From the NCBI RefSeq assembly GCF_004010195.1, contig NC_057719.1, positions 85,114,558-85,178,557 of the forward strand: a stretch of 64,000 bases of DNA, written 5' to 3'. Below, piece by piece: positions 12,720 through 25,139 of this stretch. The notes beneath the pieces were generated by a model. That model was given only the letters and a program-made list of their open reading frames with translations. It searched no databases and was not told the origin of the DNA. Positions within the stretch are counted from its first letter, which is position 1, and each line of letters begins with the position of its first letter. Source of the DNA: Chiloscyllium plagiosum. Its lineage: Eukaryota. Position numbers and translations under genes: made by a program.

Positions 12720-13220
12720 TAAGCTATAAGGTTCTCCTAGCCTGCCTGCCTTTGTCTCATCAATGCATTGGCTTCTTCTGGCTCATCGTGACACCCTACC
12801 CCTCTGATACTGCCATCACTATCCCTTTCCGCCTCAGAGGAAACATGCCAATCCTCCAATTCTCCCTTTGCAAAGACATGCAGCCTTTGTTGAGTGAGGT
12901 TGTGGAAGGCACAGTATACCAGGACGATGCAGGGCATTCTTTGTAGAGAACACTGAATTGTCCAAACATCAGCAGGCCCATCAACTGTTCAGTAGTGGCT
13001 CCCACCTGGAGGAGGTGCAGCAACACATCTCTCCTCGATGGCATTCTTGTGGATTCCCACCTGGTGGCATCAATCAGGTCTTCTGGGGTATCCTGTGTCC
13101 AACAATATCCAGCCCTGCAACCGATGCTGTGCAAATACTTGTGGTGTTTGTGCACACTCAGCAATGTGAGAATTCCTTGGGAAGCATGTACAAATCTGGA
13201 GGATTTGTCTGATGTGACTA
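12720..13220 (-). mobile_element. Decayed PIF/Harbinger DDE transposase fragment (C-terminal half)
   Basis: Minus-strand translation across frameshifts gives HRLQGWILLDTGYP (cf. GWLLGDxGYP) and CIVLVYCAFHNL (cf. IIxACCxLHN), followed by an acidic tail (EAERDSDG...DEPEEAN). Confidence 0.7.
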
Positions 13221-13221
13221 C

Positions 13222-13460
13222 ATATGAGAAAAAACATTTTCACCCGGAGGGTGGTGAGAATCTAGAACTCACTGCCTGTAAGGATGGTAGAGGCATAAAA
13301 ACTCCAAAAAATTAAGGTAGTATTTAGTTCTACACTTGCAATGCCAAGGTTATATGTCGTGTTGGAAAATGGGATTAGAATAGTAAGGCTAGTCATTTTT
13401 GACTGGCCTGGACATGATAGGCTTAAAGGTCTTTTTCTATCTGTAGACCTCTACAACTCT
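13222..13460 (+). mobile_element. CR1 3' end fragment
   Basis: atgagaaaaaacattttcacccggagggtggtgagaatctagaactcactgcctg...ctgtagacctcta. Confidence 0.75.
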
Positions 13461-15004
13461 ATTGCAAATTAAGTAAGCAGGTCAAAGTGATTTCCATTAA
13501 GGCTGTGATGCAGGATGAATTCAAAATTTAAAGATGGGCATCAACATTTTTTAAAAATTAGGCAAGTATTTCAAAGGATATGGAAGAATTGTGGATAAAT
13601 GGAATTGAGACACACATCAGCCACAATAGCATTCATGAACTGAATACATCACTATCTCTATATTTTGTGTGCAGTAGAAAAATAGCAAATGCCAACCTAC
13701 ATGATTGTTAGCACTATTAATAGATAACAATAATTGGTAATAATATATCTATTACAAAAGAAAAAAAAAACTGATCAGTGATCATATGACATGAAGGCAA
13801 GGTTGTCTTCTGGCGACAGGAAAATTACATATACAATCTCTCAAGGACTTGGCTCTTCTTGAACAGAGGTACGACTGGATCAGAAAAGGTGGGTAGAGAC
13901 TGAACAACATCCTATGTCAAGCATCTTAATGATGCAACACTTTCATTTTACCTTTCCTAATGAAACAGTGATGATACATTCATGATGTGTGTATGAATTG
14001 AACTGGGAATTAATAAATGCAATTAATAAACTTTATCTTTCAACAGTATATAATGCTTTTGTATTTTCTGAACTGAAAGATATGTATTTTGAGGCTGATG
14101 CATTCCACAAGTTAAAGGTTGACAAGCACTTGGCATGCAATTCACAAACTCCATCAATGGGTTACATTGGCTGCAGCATTAGTGTTCTTTGAAGAATGTA
14201 TTAATTTCTGTGAGTTATGTATTCTTGTAGTAAATATGCTTTTAAGGAATACATTTAATTTTAAGATAAATTGAATAAAAATGGAGTTTCAGATTGGCAA
14301 GAGTGAGCATTGGATGAAACTACGGGATGACCCACAGAATGGTGACATGAAATGTACAAGTCAGAATTCATTTAAAGCCTTAAAATCCAAAGGCATTATA
14401 TATAGCCAAGACACATTACACACACGTCTGGAATAAATAGTTTGCAAAACAACAAACTGGATTAGAGATATAAACCACTGAGATCGCGAACAGAAACTAT
14501 AAACATTGGAAATCTTCCAGCACTAACAGCTATATCTCTAAATAAAACATGTATTTTTTATCTCCTTAATGATCTGAGGCTACAATCACTTAGAAAGTTG
14601 GTACATAATCTGTTCCTAAAAGTGTGCTAGACAAGCCATTTCTGTGAGATCACTGGCATTTAGATAATCTGTTGTGGAGAAGCTTAGCCTTCTGCTTCTG
14701 ATTTTATTTGAAAAAAAATCAAATTTTCCACCTTCATTTAAGCTATACCAGTTATACTCATTTCCGTTTATGTATTGTACATTATATATGAAGAGTTGGG
14801 TTTGGAGAAGAGAAGCATTGACAAAACAGATATCATAGACATGCCAGAACATTCAGAAAAGGTACAAAATGAGTAATCACAATTGCCATTCGAATACTCA
14901 AATCAGATATATTTCTATCACATTATATGAATATTAATTCAAATTTGCATTAACTGTATGGATCAGTTTAATGCTGAAATTGTAACCCATAAATACTTTA
15001 GGGG

Positions 15005-16860
15005 CATGGGAAAAGGAGTAGGCTTTTCAGTCCATCAAGCCTGCCCCGTGACTAAATAAATTTCAATAAAGCTGGTAGACAACTGGTAACCAGAAATCCA
15101 GCAATTTCAACAATAAATATACATAGATTGAACCTGCACAGTCCTCTGTAGTACAGAATTCAAAAAGTTCACAACCCTCTGTATAAAACAAATTCTCCTC
15201 ATTTTGGACCTCAGTGATGTCTCCCTTAGTTTTAAATTGTGCCCCTGGATCTAGACTCCCCAACAAAGGGAATCATCTTGCCAGCATCTATCCTGTATTT
15301 CCCTTCAAGTATTTTGTTGGTTTCAATTAGATCACTCTCATCCTTTTAGACTCAGGAGGATAAAAGTCCAAGTTGTCTAATCTCTCTTTATAAGACTATC
15401 TTGCCATCCCAGGAACAAGTCTGGTGAACCTTTCCCAATATTTTTCCTAAGATAAGGAGACCAAAATTGTACATTCTAAACCAGGTGTGCTCTAACTAAG
15501 CTCCTAATACAATTGAAGCAAGACTTCAGTACTCCTGTACTCAAATCCTCTTGCAATAAATGTTAATGTTCCATTAGCCTACCTGATAGTTTGTTGCACC
15601 TATATGTTAGCCTTCAGTGACTCACTGACAAGGACACTCAGGTTCCTTTTTACATTTACACTTTCCAATTTCTTACCATTTAAGAAATACTGTGCACATC
15701 TATTTCCCCTATCAAAGTGGATAACCCCACATTTTCCAGATTAAATTCCACCTTACATGTTCTTGTCAATTCACTAAGTCTGTTCAAATCTCTTGAAGCT
15801 ACTTCACATCTTTCTCACAACACAAATTCCCACTAAGTCCTGAATCATCTGCAGATTTTGAAATGTATTTGGACTCTAACTCCAAATCATTGATATATAT
15901 TGTGAACAGCTGGGGTCTAGGTACTGATCCTGATGGTATCCCATTTGTTTCAGTTTGCCAATGCGAGAATAAAACATTTATTTCTATTCTCTGCATTCTG
16001 CCCATTAGCCAAACATTAGTCCATGCCAGTACATTACCTCCTATCCCATGTCCCTTAATCTTTCAAACTAATCTCCTGCAAGGGACTTTATCAAATGCCT
16101 TCTGAAAATCTAAATATACTATATCCATCTGTTCTCCTTTATCAATTTTGTTAGAATCATCTTCAAAAAGTTCGTCAAACAGTTTCCCATTCATAAATCC
16201 ATGCTGACTATGTCAATTCAGTTCATTATCAACTCAGAGTCTATTTATCACATCCTTTATAATCCATTTTCCCTACTACTGATATAAGGCTAACAGGTCT
16301 GTTATTCAGTTTTCTTTTTTGCCCTCTTCTGAAATTTGACATTTGCTACCTCCCTGCAGGAATCATTCCAGAATCTATAGAATTTTGGAAAGTAATCATC
16401 AGTCCAGTGAATGTCTCTTTAGCCACCTCCTTCAACATTCTGGGATGGGCGATTTAGCAACTTTGCACCTTTCTTGAAAACCAATACAAAATAGTCACTT
16501 AGCTTATCTGCCATTTTTCTATTTTCCCCGTTATAAAGTCTCCTGACACTGCCTGCAATAGACCCACATTCGTCTTAGCCAAATGTTTCAATTTCATCTA
16601 CCTACAAAATTCTACCATAATACTGTTGATTAGCTTTTCTCATTACATAATACTAGATCTAAAATGGCATGTCCTCTAGTTCACTCAACTTACTATTTTA
16701 AATAAAACATCTCCAGCACACTCCATAAACCAGTCCTCTATGGCTTTAGTGTTTAACTGGTCTACCCAGTCTACTTGCGCATTGAAGTTCACATGCTTCC
16801 TGATGAATACTTTGCCCCACACTACCAATAGTATTTGGTGGCTTATTAATAACTTGCTAA
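15005..16860 (-). mobile_element. Decayed CR1 ORF2 with internal deletions
   Basis: ORF 15799-16005 NGIPSGSVPRPQLFTIYINDLE...SKSADDS (RT core). Confidence 0.9.
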
Positions 16861-17302
16861 TGCTGCTCAGTATTGTTGATAGCTGGTCTTGTTGAATAGA
16901 TAAGTCCTGGCCTTTAAAGACACACCAAACATCACTGCATTGAGCAGCTACAGAGCTCTTTCCATTTGGAAAAAGAAGATCTGATAAATGTTCTAAATTA
17001 TAAAGAGTTCAAATAGGATGCATGAAAAAACAACTATTTCCCTTGACCGGAACTGTTCGCTTAGAACTGGGGACATAAATTTACGATCACTATGAAAAGC
17101 TTCACACGTCACGAGGGTTGTACACTGGAACTCAAGCCCTGTTATTCCCGGAATCAACATAAAAGTTAAAAGATTTTTAATAAGTGGGTAAACATTTGCA
17201 AACTTACCTGAGCAGGTTGGCAGAAAGCATAGACTAGGTTTCTATACAATAATAAAATACTATCCTACTCTAGCTACAGGTAAACAATTATGAACCATTG
17301 GC

Positions 17303-17375
17303 GTAAAACTCCACTAAGTAAAACTCCACTAAGTAAAACTCCACTAAGTAAAACTCCACTAAGTAAAACTCCACT
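17303..17375. repeat. Perfect 15-bp minisatellite (gtaaaactccactaa) x ~4.9
   Basis: Head-to-tail identical units with no spacers. Confidence 0.97.
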
Positions 17376-17831
17376 CCTCTTATAAAATCTCACACGGTGT
17401 TATGGATAGAGGGAAAGCCTGGAAAAACAGTTAAGCAGTTCTGCTCACAATGGGAGATGAAATGATTTCTAGATTCTTGTAATGGTCAGAATGCTGATTT
17501 TCGTTTGTCCTTCTCCAGATGCTTCACTGATTTGCAAGAGGCTGATTGAGGCTGTTTTACTTACAAAAGGTCTCAGATTTATCAACTAAAGGTCACAGCT
17601 TAACACAACAGGTGAAGATTAACTGACTTTCTTTAGGTTTAATGTGGCTTTATTGTAGAGAACAGATAGAGCTCCTGAGCTGATGTATCTGAAAAGCTTC
17701 TATGTAACTTGTTCACAGGTTCAAATTATTTAAGACCTAATCACATAGTTATTGGCTAGCAGAGGGCCTTTGTCATCAATAACTGGTCATGGGTTCAAAG
17801 GCCAATTAACTTCTTCTATCAACCAAAGCTT

Positions 17832-18433
17832 CAGGATGACAACAGAGAAGCAGCGCAGCATGTGGACTCCTCCCCACACTCATCTCCTTCATCTGATTTT
17901 ATATTTTTCTCTTCTCTCATTGCTTTTTTAAAAACTTTAATCTACTTACCTTCTATGGAGAGTGGCTTTGTGCAGTATGGAGAACATTGAGCCAGCATGG
18001 CGGCGAAAGTTCCCCTGGCATCTTTGGCAGTGTTGAAAGCAGGCATCCTGAGATGGTGGCAAGAACAGGAAGCTCAAGGCAGCAGCACCAGCAGGCTGCC
18101 CAAGATTTCCCAGTATCTATGGTGATACTGCGAGTCGGGGAGATTGGACAAGTTCGGGAGATTGAGTCCATAGCAATATAGGAGCCCAGCACGGAGATTG
18201 AGCCCCTATGGGGATGGCAAGGCCTGCATAGCTAAGCACTTATGAAGGACTGCAATATTGAACTTGTAGTTTTATTTCTTTATTTACTGACACTTTTAAC
18301 CCTGTATCTTTTTTTCTACTTTGTACCTAATATTTTGTCCATAGGTAGTCGGGAATGGTGATTTAGTTCGCTTTCCACTGTACTCTTGCATCCGTATACT
18401 TGATTCTACATGACAATAAAATCTAATTCTAAT
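17832..18433 (+). mobile_element. Non-autonomous, non-coding retroposon (caggatgac start; tgacaataaa + short tandem tail)
   Basis: Same layout as 44085-44499: CAAGATGGC-like start, pyrimidine tract, GC-rich middle, T-rich region, then tgacaataaaatctaattctaat. Confidence 0.55.
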
Positions 18434-19278
18434 CGGTACTCAGTTCCAGTTTGTCTGCAATTACATTTAACCACTGTTTAAACCAGCAGCTGTGTAAAAT
18501 GTGCTTAAAATGAGTGACAGATTACTTGCTTTCAAAACTTGCAACAATCTTACAGAAATCTTTAGTTTTTAAAGCTGTTCTTTAGTCATCTTAGTCAGCA
18601 TTTAAAACTATACAGAAATTAAATTACACATTTTTTACAAAAGAAACAAGACAGATGTTAGCATTTCTTTTACACTAAGGTTGGCTATATCATGAAACAT
18701 ACATCTAAAACCAACAGTAGAAGCAGAAGCTAAAATGCCTCTGAGCAGAAATGTGAAAAATATTAGAAAGGAACATTTGAAAGGGTTAGGGAAAAATATC
18801 TCTTCTAGAGGGGTGACTGAAGCAGAATGGCCTGACTGACCTGCTTTAACTTTGGTGAATTTTATGCTTCCAGTTCATAAAATAGAATCTCCTTCTTAAT
18901 TGATGATGAAAGATCACAATCAATTCAAAATCAGAGTTATGGGCATCATACTGCTTGATAACCATGATCAATGCAAACAAGTGAGCAAATACTGTACTCA
19001 GTAATCATAATGAGCTGAAAATATACAGGTCAAAACAAGAACACTGACGTTTTCAGCAATCCGACAAGGAGAAAGACTGAGTGGCTGGCTAATCTGCTGG
19101 TTACTGATGAATTGTTTACAGCACTGTTAAGTGTAAATTAATTCTGATCAGCAAGAATCATACACTTATTAGCGACTTACAATAGTTGGGCAATAGCCAA
19201 GTCAATTTTCATGGCTTATTTTTGTTAAGTTTAGTTAAGCTTGGGCTTCATTTACTGAAAACTTAAAAATATTAAAAT

Positions 19279-19947
19279 TGTTATCAGCAACACAGCAAAG
19301 ATTTATCCCAAACAGTAATCTGTAAAAATTCGAATGGCCAAGAACTATTTAAAGTAAAAATGAACAACTTTATTTCTTAAAGTATAACAAAGAATAATTA
19401 ACTAACAACTATTTACAATTCCTTCTTCTAACCAATCTTTTACTTTCCCTTCTATAATACTAGTCCAACAAAACTCCCGATTAAGATTTACAGAAAAATC
19501 CAAATTTTAAAACCAGCCAATGGTCGAATCTTCTCTTGATCTTCTTCGATAGATTGGCTCTCCAGGTCAGTGTTGAGGTTTTTCTCTGTGCATACTCCTT
19601 CTCTAGACAGGTACATCTCAGACAGTTCAAACTAGCAGTCTACATCTGTTGGGCTGGTGGCAGTTTTCCTCCCAAATGTTCAATTTTTCCTGTCTTATAC
19701 TCCAAAGTATCGGATTGTATCATTGGCTTTTAAGATTGTCAATATACTCAATTCAAACTTAGCTATAATTTGGTATTTTTTCAGGGTATAATTTAAACTG
19801 ATTGGCCTAATTCAAATCTGGTTTGTTGTTTCCAGGCAACCAGCTATCCCAGTAGCGCATGTTACATTGTGTCTTATTGAGAACACTTGGTGCTGTCACT
19901 GCTAGCTTTTACTCTCAAAGGTATAGTACACCCACATCTTCAGAAAA
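19279..19947 (-). mobile_element. Solo LTR (Gypsy-like)
   Basis: Starts TGTTAT at 19279 and ends cttcagaaaa (degenerate inverted terminus). Candidate 4-bp TSD aaat (19275-19278 and 19948-19951). AATAAA on the minus strand near 19369-19374. Confidence 0.55.
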
Positions 19948-20219
19948 AAATCAAATTACATTCAATACAATCAATAAAAATGAATTACATTTTGACTTTG
20001 TTAATATGTTCTGGTAAGTTACCTTCTTTCTTTTAAAAAAAAAGCACCATTCATTACCACCCTTCATTATTCCATACCTGGTTTTAGGCAATGTTGCTCT
20101 GAAATTGAGTAGAGGGGGATGGGCAAAAGTGCATCAGTGGGATCTTCCTCATTTTGTTCAGTGGAACAGCCCAGCCTTGGAAATTGTAGGGAATACACAG
20201 CATGAATCTGTGTCCAACC

Positions 20220-20330
20220 AGGGAACTTGTAGCACAATGGTGTATTGTCCCTACCTTTGAACCAGGAATCCATGGGTCAATGCTCCACAGGTGTGTAATA
20301 ACATTTCTGAATATGTTGATTGAAAACATC
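20220..20330 (+). mobile_element. Short tRNA-derived SINE (second copy at ~54475-54565)
   Basis: A-box-like tagcacaatgg; shared gctccacaggtgtgtaataacatttctgaa / gctccagtgtgtaataacatcactgaa. Confidence 0.5.
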
Positions 20331-20387
20331 TGGGTTTCAATCCCACCTGCATTAGAGGTGTTTAGTAACATGTTCATGTCCAGCTAT

Positions 20388-20767
20388 TAACTGGAGCATA
20401 GGAGGTTGAGGGGAGACCTTATAGAAATTTATAAAATAAGGAGGAGTATAGATAGAGTTAATGGTATAGGATTGCATAGGATTGGGGATTTCAAGACTGG
20501 GGACACATTTTTAAAGTGAGAGGGGGGAGAAATTTAAAAAGGACACGAGTACAAATGTTTTACACAGAGGGTTGGAATAAACTTCCTAAGGAAGTGGTGG
20601 CTGTGGGTACAATTATCATGTTTAAAAGAAGTTTGGATTAACACATGAATAGGAAAAGTTGGAGGGATACAAGCCAGGAACAGAAAGGTGGAACTAATTT
20701 AGTTTGGAATTATGTGTGCCATGGACTGGTTTGACCAAAGGGTCTGTTTCCGTGCTGTATGACTCCG
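20388..20767 (+). mobile_element. CR1 3' end fragment
   Basis: ctggagcataggaggttgagggggagaccttatagaa...gtttccgtgctgtatgactc. Confidence 0.85.
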
Positions 20768-22174
20768 TTTTGGGCTCTTCAATTGTACAGCTTACAAAAT
20801 GGTATTTTAATTTAATCTAATGGGGTTGATGAAAGATGCAACCGTAACTCAAGTCAGAAGAGCAAACACAAATAGAAACATAAAAGTTCTTAATTTACCC
20901 TATTTCAGAGTTACAGAATGTCCATGGATTTAATTGAATTTTTGCACATTTTTGCAAAAGCTTTCATCAAATTTTCCACCTTGAAACAAAACAGATCTTT
21001 CCAGTTCCACCAGTGCTCCTGACTTTTACCTAACTCTTTAAGCATCTGGAAGCTACTTATTAAAGACCAGCACAACAACTTACATCATTATTGTCAGAAT
21101 TAAATAAATTACTACCTAAAGGAGGATGGTTGCCAAACTGCCTTAGTGTCAGTGCTGTCAGCAAAATAATTCTGTTCCAAGTAAACAAAAGTAAATCCCT
21201 TAATTATTAGAGTGATAGCACAGAGTCAAACATTTGGTAGTTCCAAACATATGTATGAAACCTATTTAGTACCTTTGCAAAAAAAAGTGTTCTCTGCTCT
21301 CCAATTCTTGAGTTTCAGATCTCCTTTGCCTAAAGACTGCAAGTTATTCTGAATTTCTTAAGTGGTGCTTTGGCACGGTCCTTAGCCTGAATTAAGTGGC
21401 AATCTTTTTTACATGAGATTCTGGGCTTCATGTGTTGGTGCAAGATGGATCATCAATGCTTGACCTGAATACATCCTGCCCAAACATTGACAGATGCGCC
21501 CCTCAGCAGAGGTCACCAAATGGCAACTACGTCTGAAAATGCTGGCTGAATTTATTCTCCTCCCTGGCTGAAAAATTCCAGGAAATGTATAGCACTTCAA
21601 AAACAAAAGTCTCTTCAAACTCAGTGACTAACACAGTACAGACAAAGCCTTAGACTAGGGACTTATTTGTAATCGATGTGTGCTTGCTCCACAACATGTG
21701 CTGCATTTACTGATGAGGAATTCTTTAAGAAACAGCACAGACATTTGCTAGATTGTACTGGACACAGTTGTTGGCAGCACTTCCTTATGTGCTCAAGGTA
21801 CAATGGCCTTTGGGTATCATACATCCCCGAAAGAGTAACCTTCATTGAATGTGAATTAGAAGCAATGCCAATGGGGTTCAATTTTGGAAAGTGGAATTTA
21901 GAATTATTAAAGACTGAGTTAAGAAACCAGTTGCTGAAATCAGAAAACTGAAACTCAGGCTGTGGAGTAAAGTTTAAACAAGTGTCATGTCTGCAAAAAT
22001 ATTAAAATAGCATTAAGTTAATGGTATAAGACAAAGTTTTAGCCAAGAACTGACAATTGATTTCAGAATATTATCGGAGCTTGTTCGAGCTATGAAAAGC
22101 AATGCAGCCAGACACACACTCAATCTTTCTCACCGCAGGTATTTGTGTTTCTTTAAAAATTGCTAAGCCTTGGC

Positions 22175-22297
22175 TGAGTCCTGATGAAGGGTCCTACCTG
22201 AAACGTCAACTCTCCTGTCTTTGGCTGATGCCTGACCACTGTGCTTTTCTCAGCACTACACTTTACTGACTTTGACTTTCCAGCATCTGCATTACCT
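22175..22297 (+). mobile_element. Solo PLE pLTR with a partly degenerate hammerhead motif
   Basis: gagtc-CTGATGA-a-gggtcctacct-GAAA-cgtc-aactc followed by gatgcctgaccactgtgcttttctcagcac...cagcatctgc. Confidence 0.8.
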
Positions 22298-22309
22298 CCT
22301 GGTAGCATT

Positions 22310-22670
22310 TTCAATTCCAAGTAAAACTCCACATCAGAGACATGAACACAATCTAGATTGATAGGTCAGTGTAGCACTGAGGTAGTGCTGAATTATGTAA
22401 GATGTCTTCTTTCAGAAGATATGCAAAGAAAAGTACACCACTATTCATAGGAAAGGAGGGAAGATCTCCAATAGTATTTTATTCTTCAATACTTAAAGCA
22501 GGCAAATGGTTCATATAATTCATGCATGTATGGGGCTTTTCTATGTCTAAGGCTGTTAGGTTACTTGCACTATACTTCAAAGCGCACTTCAAAAGTAATT
22601 AATTAAAAAGCACTTGGGAAATCCAGAGGTTATGAAATGTGCTATATAAACCAAAAGTCTGTCTTCTTCT
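22310..22670 (+). mobile_element. Old Deu-domain SINE (SacSINE1/AmnSINE-like) with L2-type tail
   Basis: cacttcaaaagtaatt...aaagcacttgggaaatccagaggttatgaaatgtgctatataaaccaaaagtct matches the DeuSINE-type 3' end as I recall it. Confidence 0.65.
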
Positions 22671-23547
22671 CTCCCCTCCCAATATGTAACTATACGTTCG
22701 TTGTCTTTATTTTATCTCTCTGAGCACTGTCTCCATCTGTTTGCCTTACTAATTCCCACACCTGCCAATCCCAACTCTTTCACCCCATCATTAGCATAAA
22801 TACCAATATTTCCTTGCATTCTGGAATAAATCTGAAGCAAAAGGAGAATATAATGCAAACATAATTGCAGAAGGTTACAATGCAGTTCTGCAAGCATGAT
22901 GAGCAAAAAAAGGGATACCCAGTTTCAATTACAATTTCTATGACAAGGATATCCCATTTGCTTTTTCCCTTACAAAAAAGAAGGCTCTCCTCAAACCACT
23001 AGTGCCCAGCATTTCACAATTGCAATATTTTCCACTCAATGCAGAGATTTAAATACAGAACAAATGTATTTATTTGTTCGTGAGATATGGACATCACTGG
23101 ATAAGCAGTGTCCATTCCTATTGCTCAGAGAACAAAAGAACATAGGTATTTGGAGCAGGAGCAGCCATTTGGCCCCTCAAGCCTCCCCAACAGTTAACAA
23201 GATCTTGGCTGAACTGCTCCAGGCTTCAAGTCCACTTTCGTGCCAGCTCAGCATCCCTGTCAACTCTCTGATATTTCCAAAATCTACCTCCTCTTTAAAT
23301 GCTTTCAGAGATCTAACCTCCACAACTCTGAGAGAATTTCAAACATTCTCTGGGAGAACAAAATCTTTTGCATCTCAACTTTAAGTAGCCTTATTCTGTA
23401 AGGTGATGTTTTCACTGGTGGAAGATTCTTGAAATGTAGGGCATTTGTGTTTTTATATTTCTTGCCAATTTACATCATTAATTTTCTCCCTTTCTCAGCT
23501 TTTTATCCATCCACTGCTGGTTCCTAAACTGAGTGACAATGATATAG

Positions 23548-23755
23548 AGGAGAAAGTGAGGTCTGCAGACGCTGGAGATCAAAGCTGAAACTTTATTGCT
23601 GGAACAGCACAGCAGGTCAGGCAGCATCTAGGGAACAGAAGATTCGACGTTTCGGGCACATGATTCCTGAAGAAGGGCATGTGCCCGAAACGTCGAATCT
23701 TCTGTTCCCTAGATGCTGCTGACCTGCTGTGCTGTTCCAGCAATAAAGTTTCAGC
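23548..23755. mobile_element. Young PLE pLTR fold-back mini-element (208 bp)
   Basis: Arms 23583-23662 and 23678-23756 are inverted and differ by one 1-nt indel. Perfect 14-bp TSD tgacaatgatatag (23534-23547 and 23756-23769). Confidence 0.95.
23662..23699 (+). ncRNA. Minimal type-I hammerhead ribozyme motif (intact core)
   Basis: gattc-CTGAAGA-a-gggc(atgt)gccc-GAAA-cg-TC^-gaatc: 5-bp stem I, 4-bp stem II, palindromic ACGT in place of stem III; predicted cleavage after C23694. Confidence 0.8.
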
Positions 23756-24910
23756 TGACAATGATATAGTCCAGGTCAGAATGGTGTGTGGTTTAGAGTG
23801 GAACTTGCAGAGGGTGGTGCTCCCATGTACCTATTGTTCTACATGATACAGCTCGTCGATTTTGAAGGTGTTGTTAAAGGTAGCCTGGATAGTTATTGCA
23901 ATGCATCACTGCTACCATATCAGTGGTGTAGGATATGTATTTTGAAGGTATTTTGTCCTGGTGTTAGATTTCTTGAGAACTGTTGGAGATGCATAAATCT
24001 AGAAAACCACACTATTGAGTTATGCTTTTGATAGGCATTGGGGAGTTCTGGTGTCTGACCTGCTTTAGTATTTAAGTGGCTGGTCCAGATCAGTTTTTGA
24101 TCAATGAAAATCCCTGGGCCATTGGTAGTGGGGAATTCAATGGTAATGCCATTGAATGTCAAACAGGTGAAAAATGGTTCTTTCTTGTGGGAGATTATCA
24201 TTTTCTGAATATTGTGGTGCCAATTTTCCTTGCCACTTATCAGCACAGGCTTTGATATTATCAGGTCTTGCTGCACATGGATATGAGCTGCTTCAGTATC
24301 TGAGATGACCCACATGGTGCTCAGCATTATTCATCAGTGAATACCCCTACTTCTGACCATATGGTGGAGGGAAGGTTATTGATAAAGTAGTATTAGATGG
24401 TTGTGTCAAAGATACAACCCTGAGTAACTCCTGCAGAATGAGGTGGGACTGAGATAAATGAGTTCCAACAGCCGCATACATTTTCTTTTGTCTTTGATAT
24501 GACTCCAATAAGAGAGTTTTCACCCTGCTTTCCATTAACATGAGTTTTAGTAGGTCTCTGAATGCCATACTTGCAAATGCTGGTTTGATGTTAAGGGCAG
24601 TCATTTCCCCCTCCCCTTTCGCATTCAATTCTTTTGTCCAAGTTTAGAACAAGGCCGTAAAGAGGTCAGATACCAAGTGGTCCTAGTGGAATCAAAACTG
24701 TACATCAGTTAGCAAATTATTCCTTTTCAAGTACTGATTGATAGCACTGTTGACTACCCTGCTCCATCACTCTGCTAATGATGGAGATTAGACTGTGAGA
24801 GCGGTAATAGGTTGGGTTAGATTTGTCCTTTTTGTGCACAGGATACATCTAGGCAATTACACATCATCGGGTAGGTGCCTGTTTTGTAGCTGTACTGAAA
24901 TAGCATGGCT

Positions 24911-25026
24911 AGGAGAGTGTGAAGACTGCAGATGCTGGAGAGTCAGAATTAAAAATTGTGGCGCTGGTCAGGCAGTATCCGAGGAGGAGAGTTGACTTTT
25001 CGGGTATAAGCCCTTCATCAGAAATG
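24911..25026 (-). mobile_element. Solo PLE pLTR (degenerate hammerhead)
   Basis: aggagagtgtgaagactgcagatgctggag...gttgacttttcgggtataagcccttcatcaga. Confidence 0.8.
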
Positions 25027-25139
25027 CTTAGGAGGGTGTCAAGTTCTGCAGAAAAATCTTCAGTAGTATTGCCATAATGTTGGCAATAAGTAATGCCTTC
25101 AGACATCTCTTGAGGCTGAATATTTTCTATCGACGACCA

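Larger units (their letters stand above)
17140..18716. mobile_element. Possible solo LTR-like element (TGTT...AACA) interrupting an old CR1 3' end; contains a minisatellite and a nested retroposon
   Basis: CR1-like sequence stops at ...tggaactcaagccc (17139) and appears to resume at gtagaagcaga (18717). No TSD is visible, so the boundaries are inferred. Confidence 0.35.
23065..25110 (-). mobile_element. LINE family B (CR1/L2 clade) RT and 3' region, interrupted by a CR1 tail (23127-23400) and two PLE inserts
   Basis: ORFs TALNIKPAF..., AHIHVQQDL..., GIFIDQKLIWTSHLNT; homologous to 37730-39400. Confidence 0.8.

Noticed and set aside
17303..17375. Possible CRISPR array
   Set aside because: 15-bp units are directly adjacent with no unique spacers, there are no cas genes, and the context is vertebrate.
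20980..21045. Minus-strand MLKELGKSQEHWWNWKDLFCFK resembling a late RMDN3 exon (RELGKNSEARWW)
   Set aside because: No polypyrimidine tract, weak donor (gtggaa), wrong length, similarity needs gaps, and the intervening exons are absent. Probably chance.
22762..22831. Candidate 70-bp minus-strand exon after a strong acceptor (ttctccttttgcttcag)
   Set aside because: Weak donor (gtgtgg) and no resemblance to RMDN proteins in any frame.
23548..23755. Classical MITE or miRNA hairpin
   Set aside because: Arms are asymmetric (35-nt tail on one side), the TSD is 14 bp, and the sequence is the terminal repeat attached to GIY-YIG coding PLE sequence at 11124.
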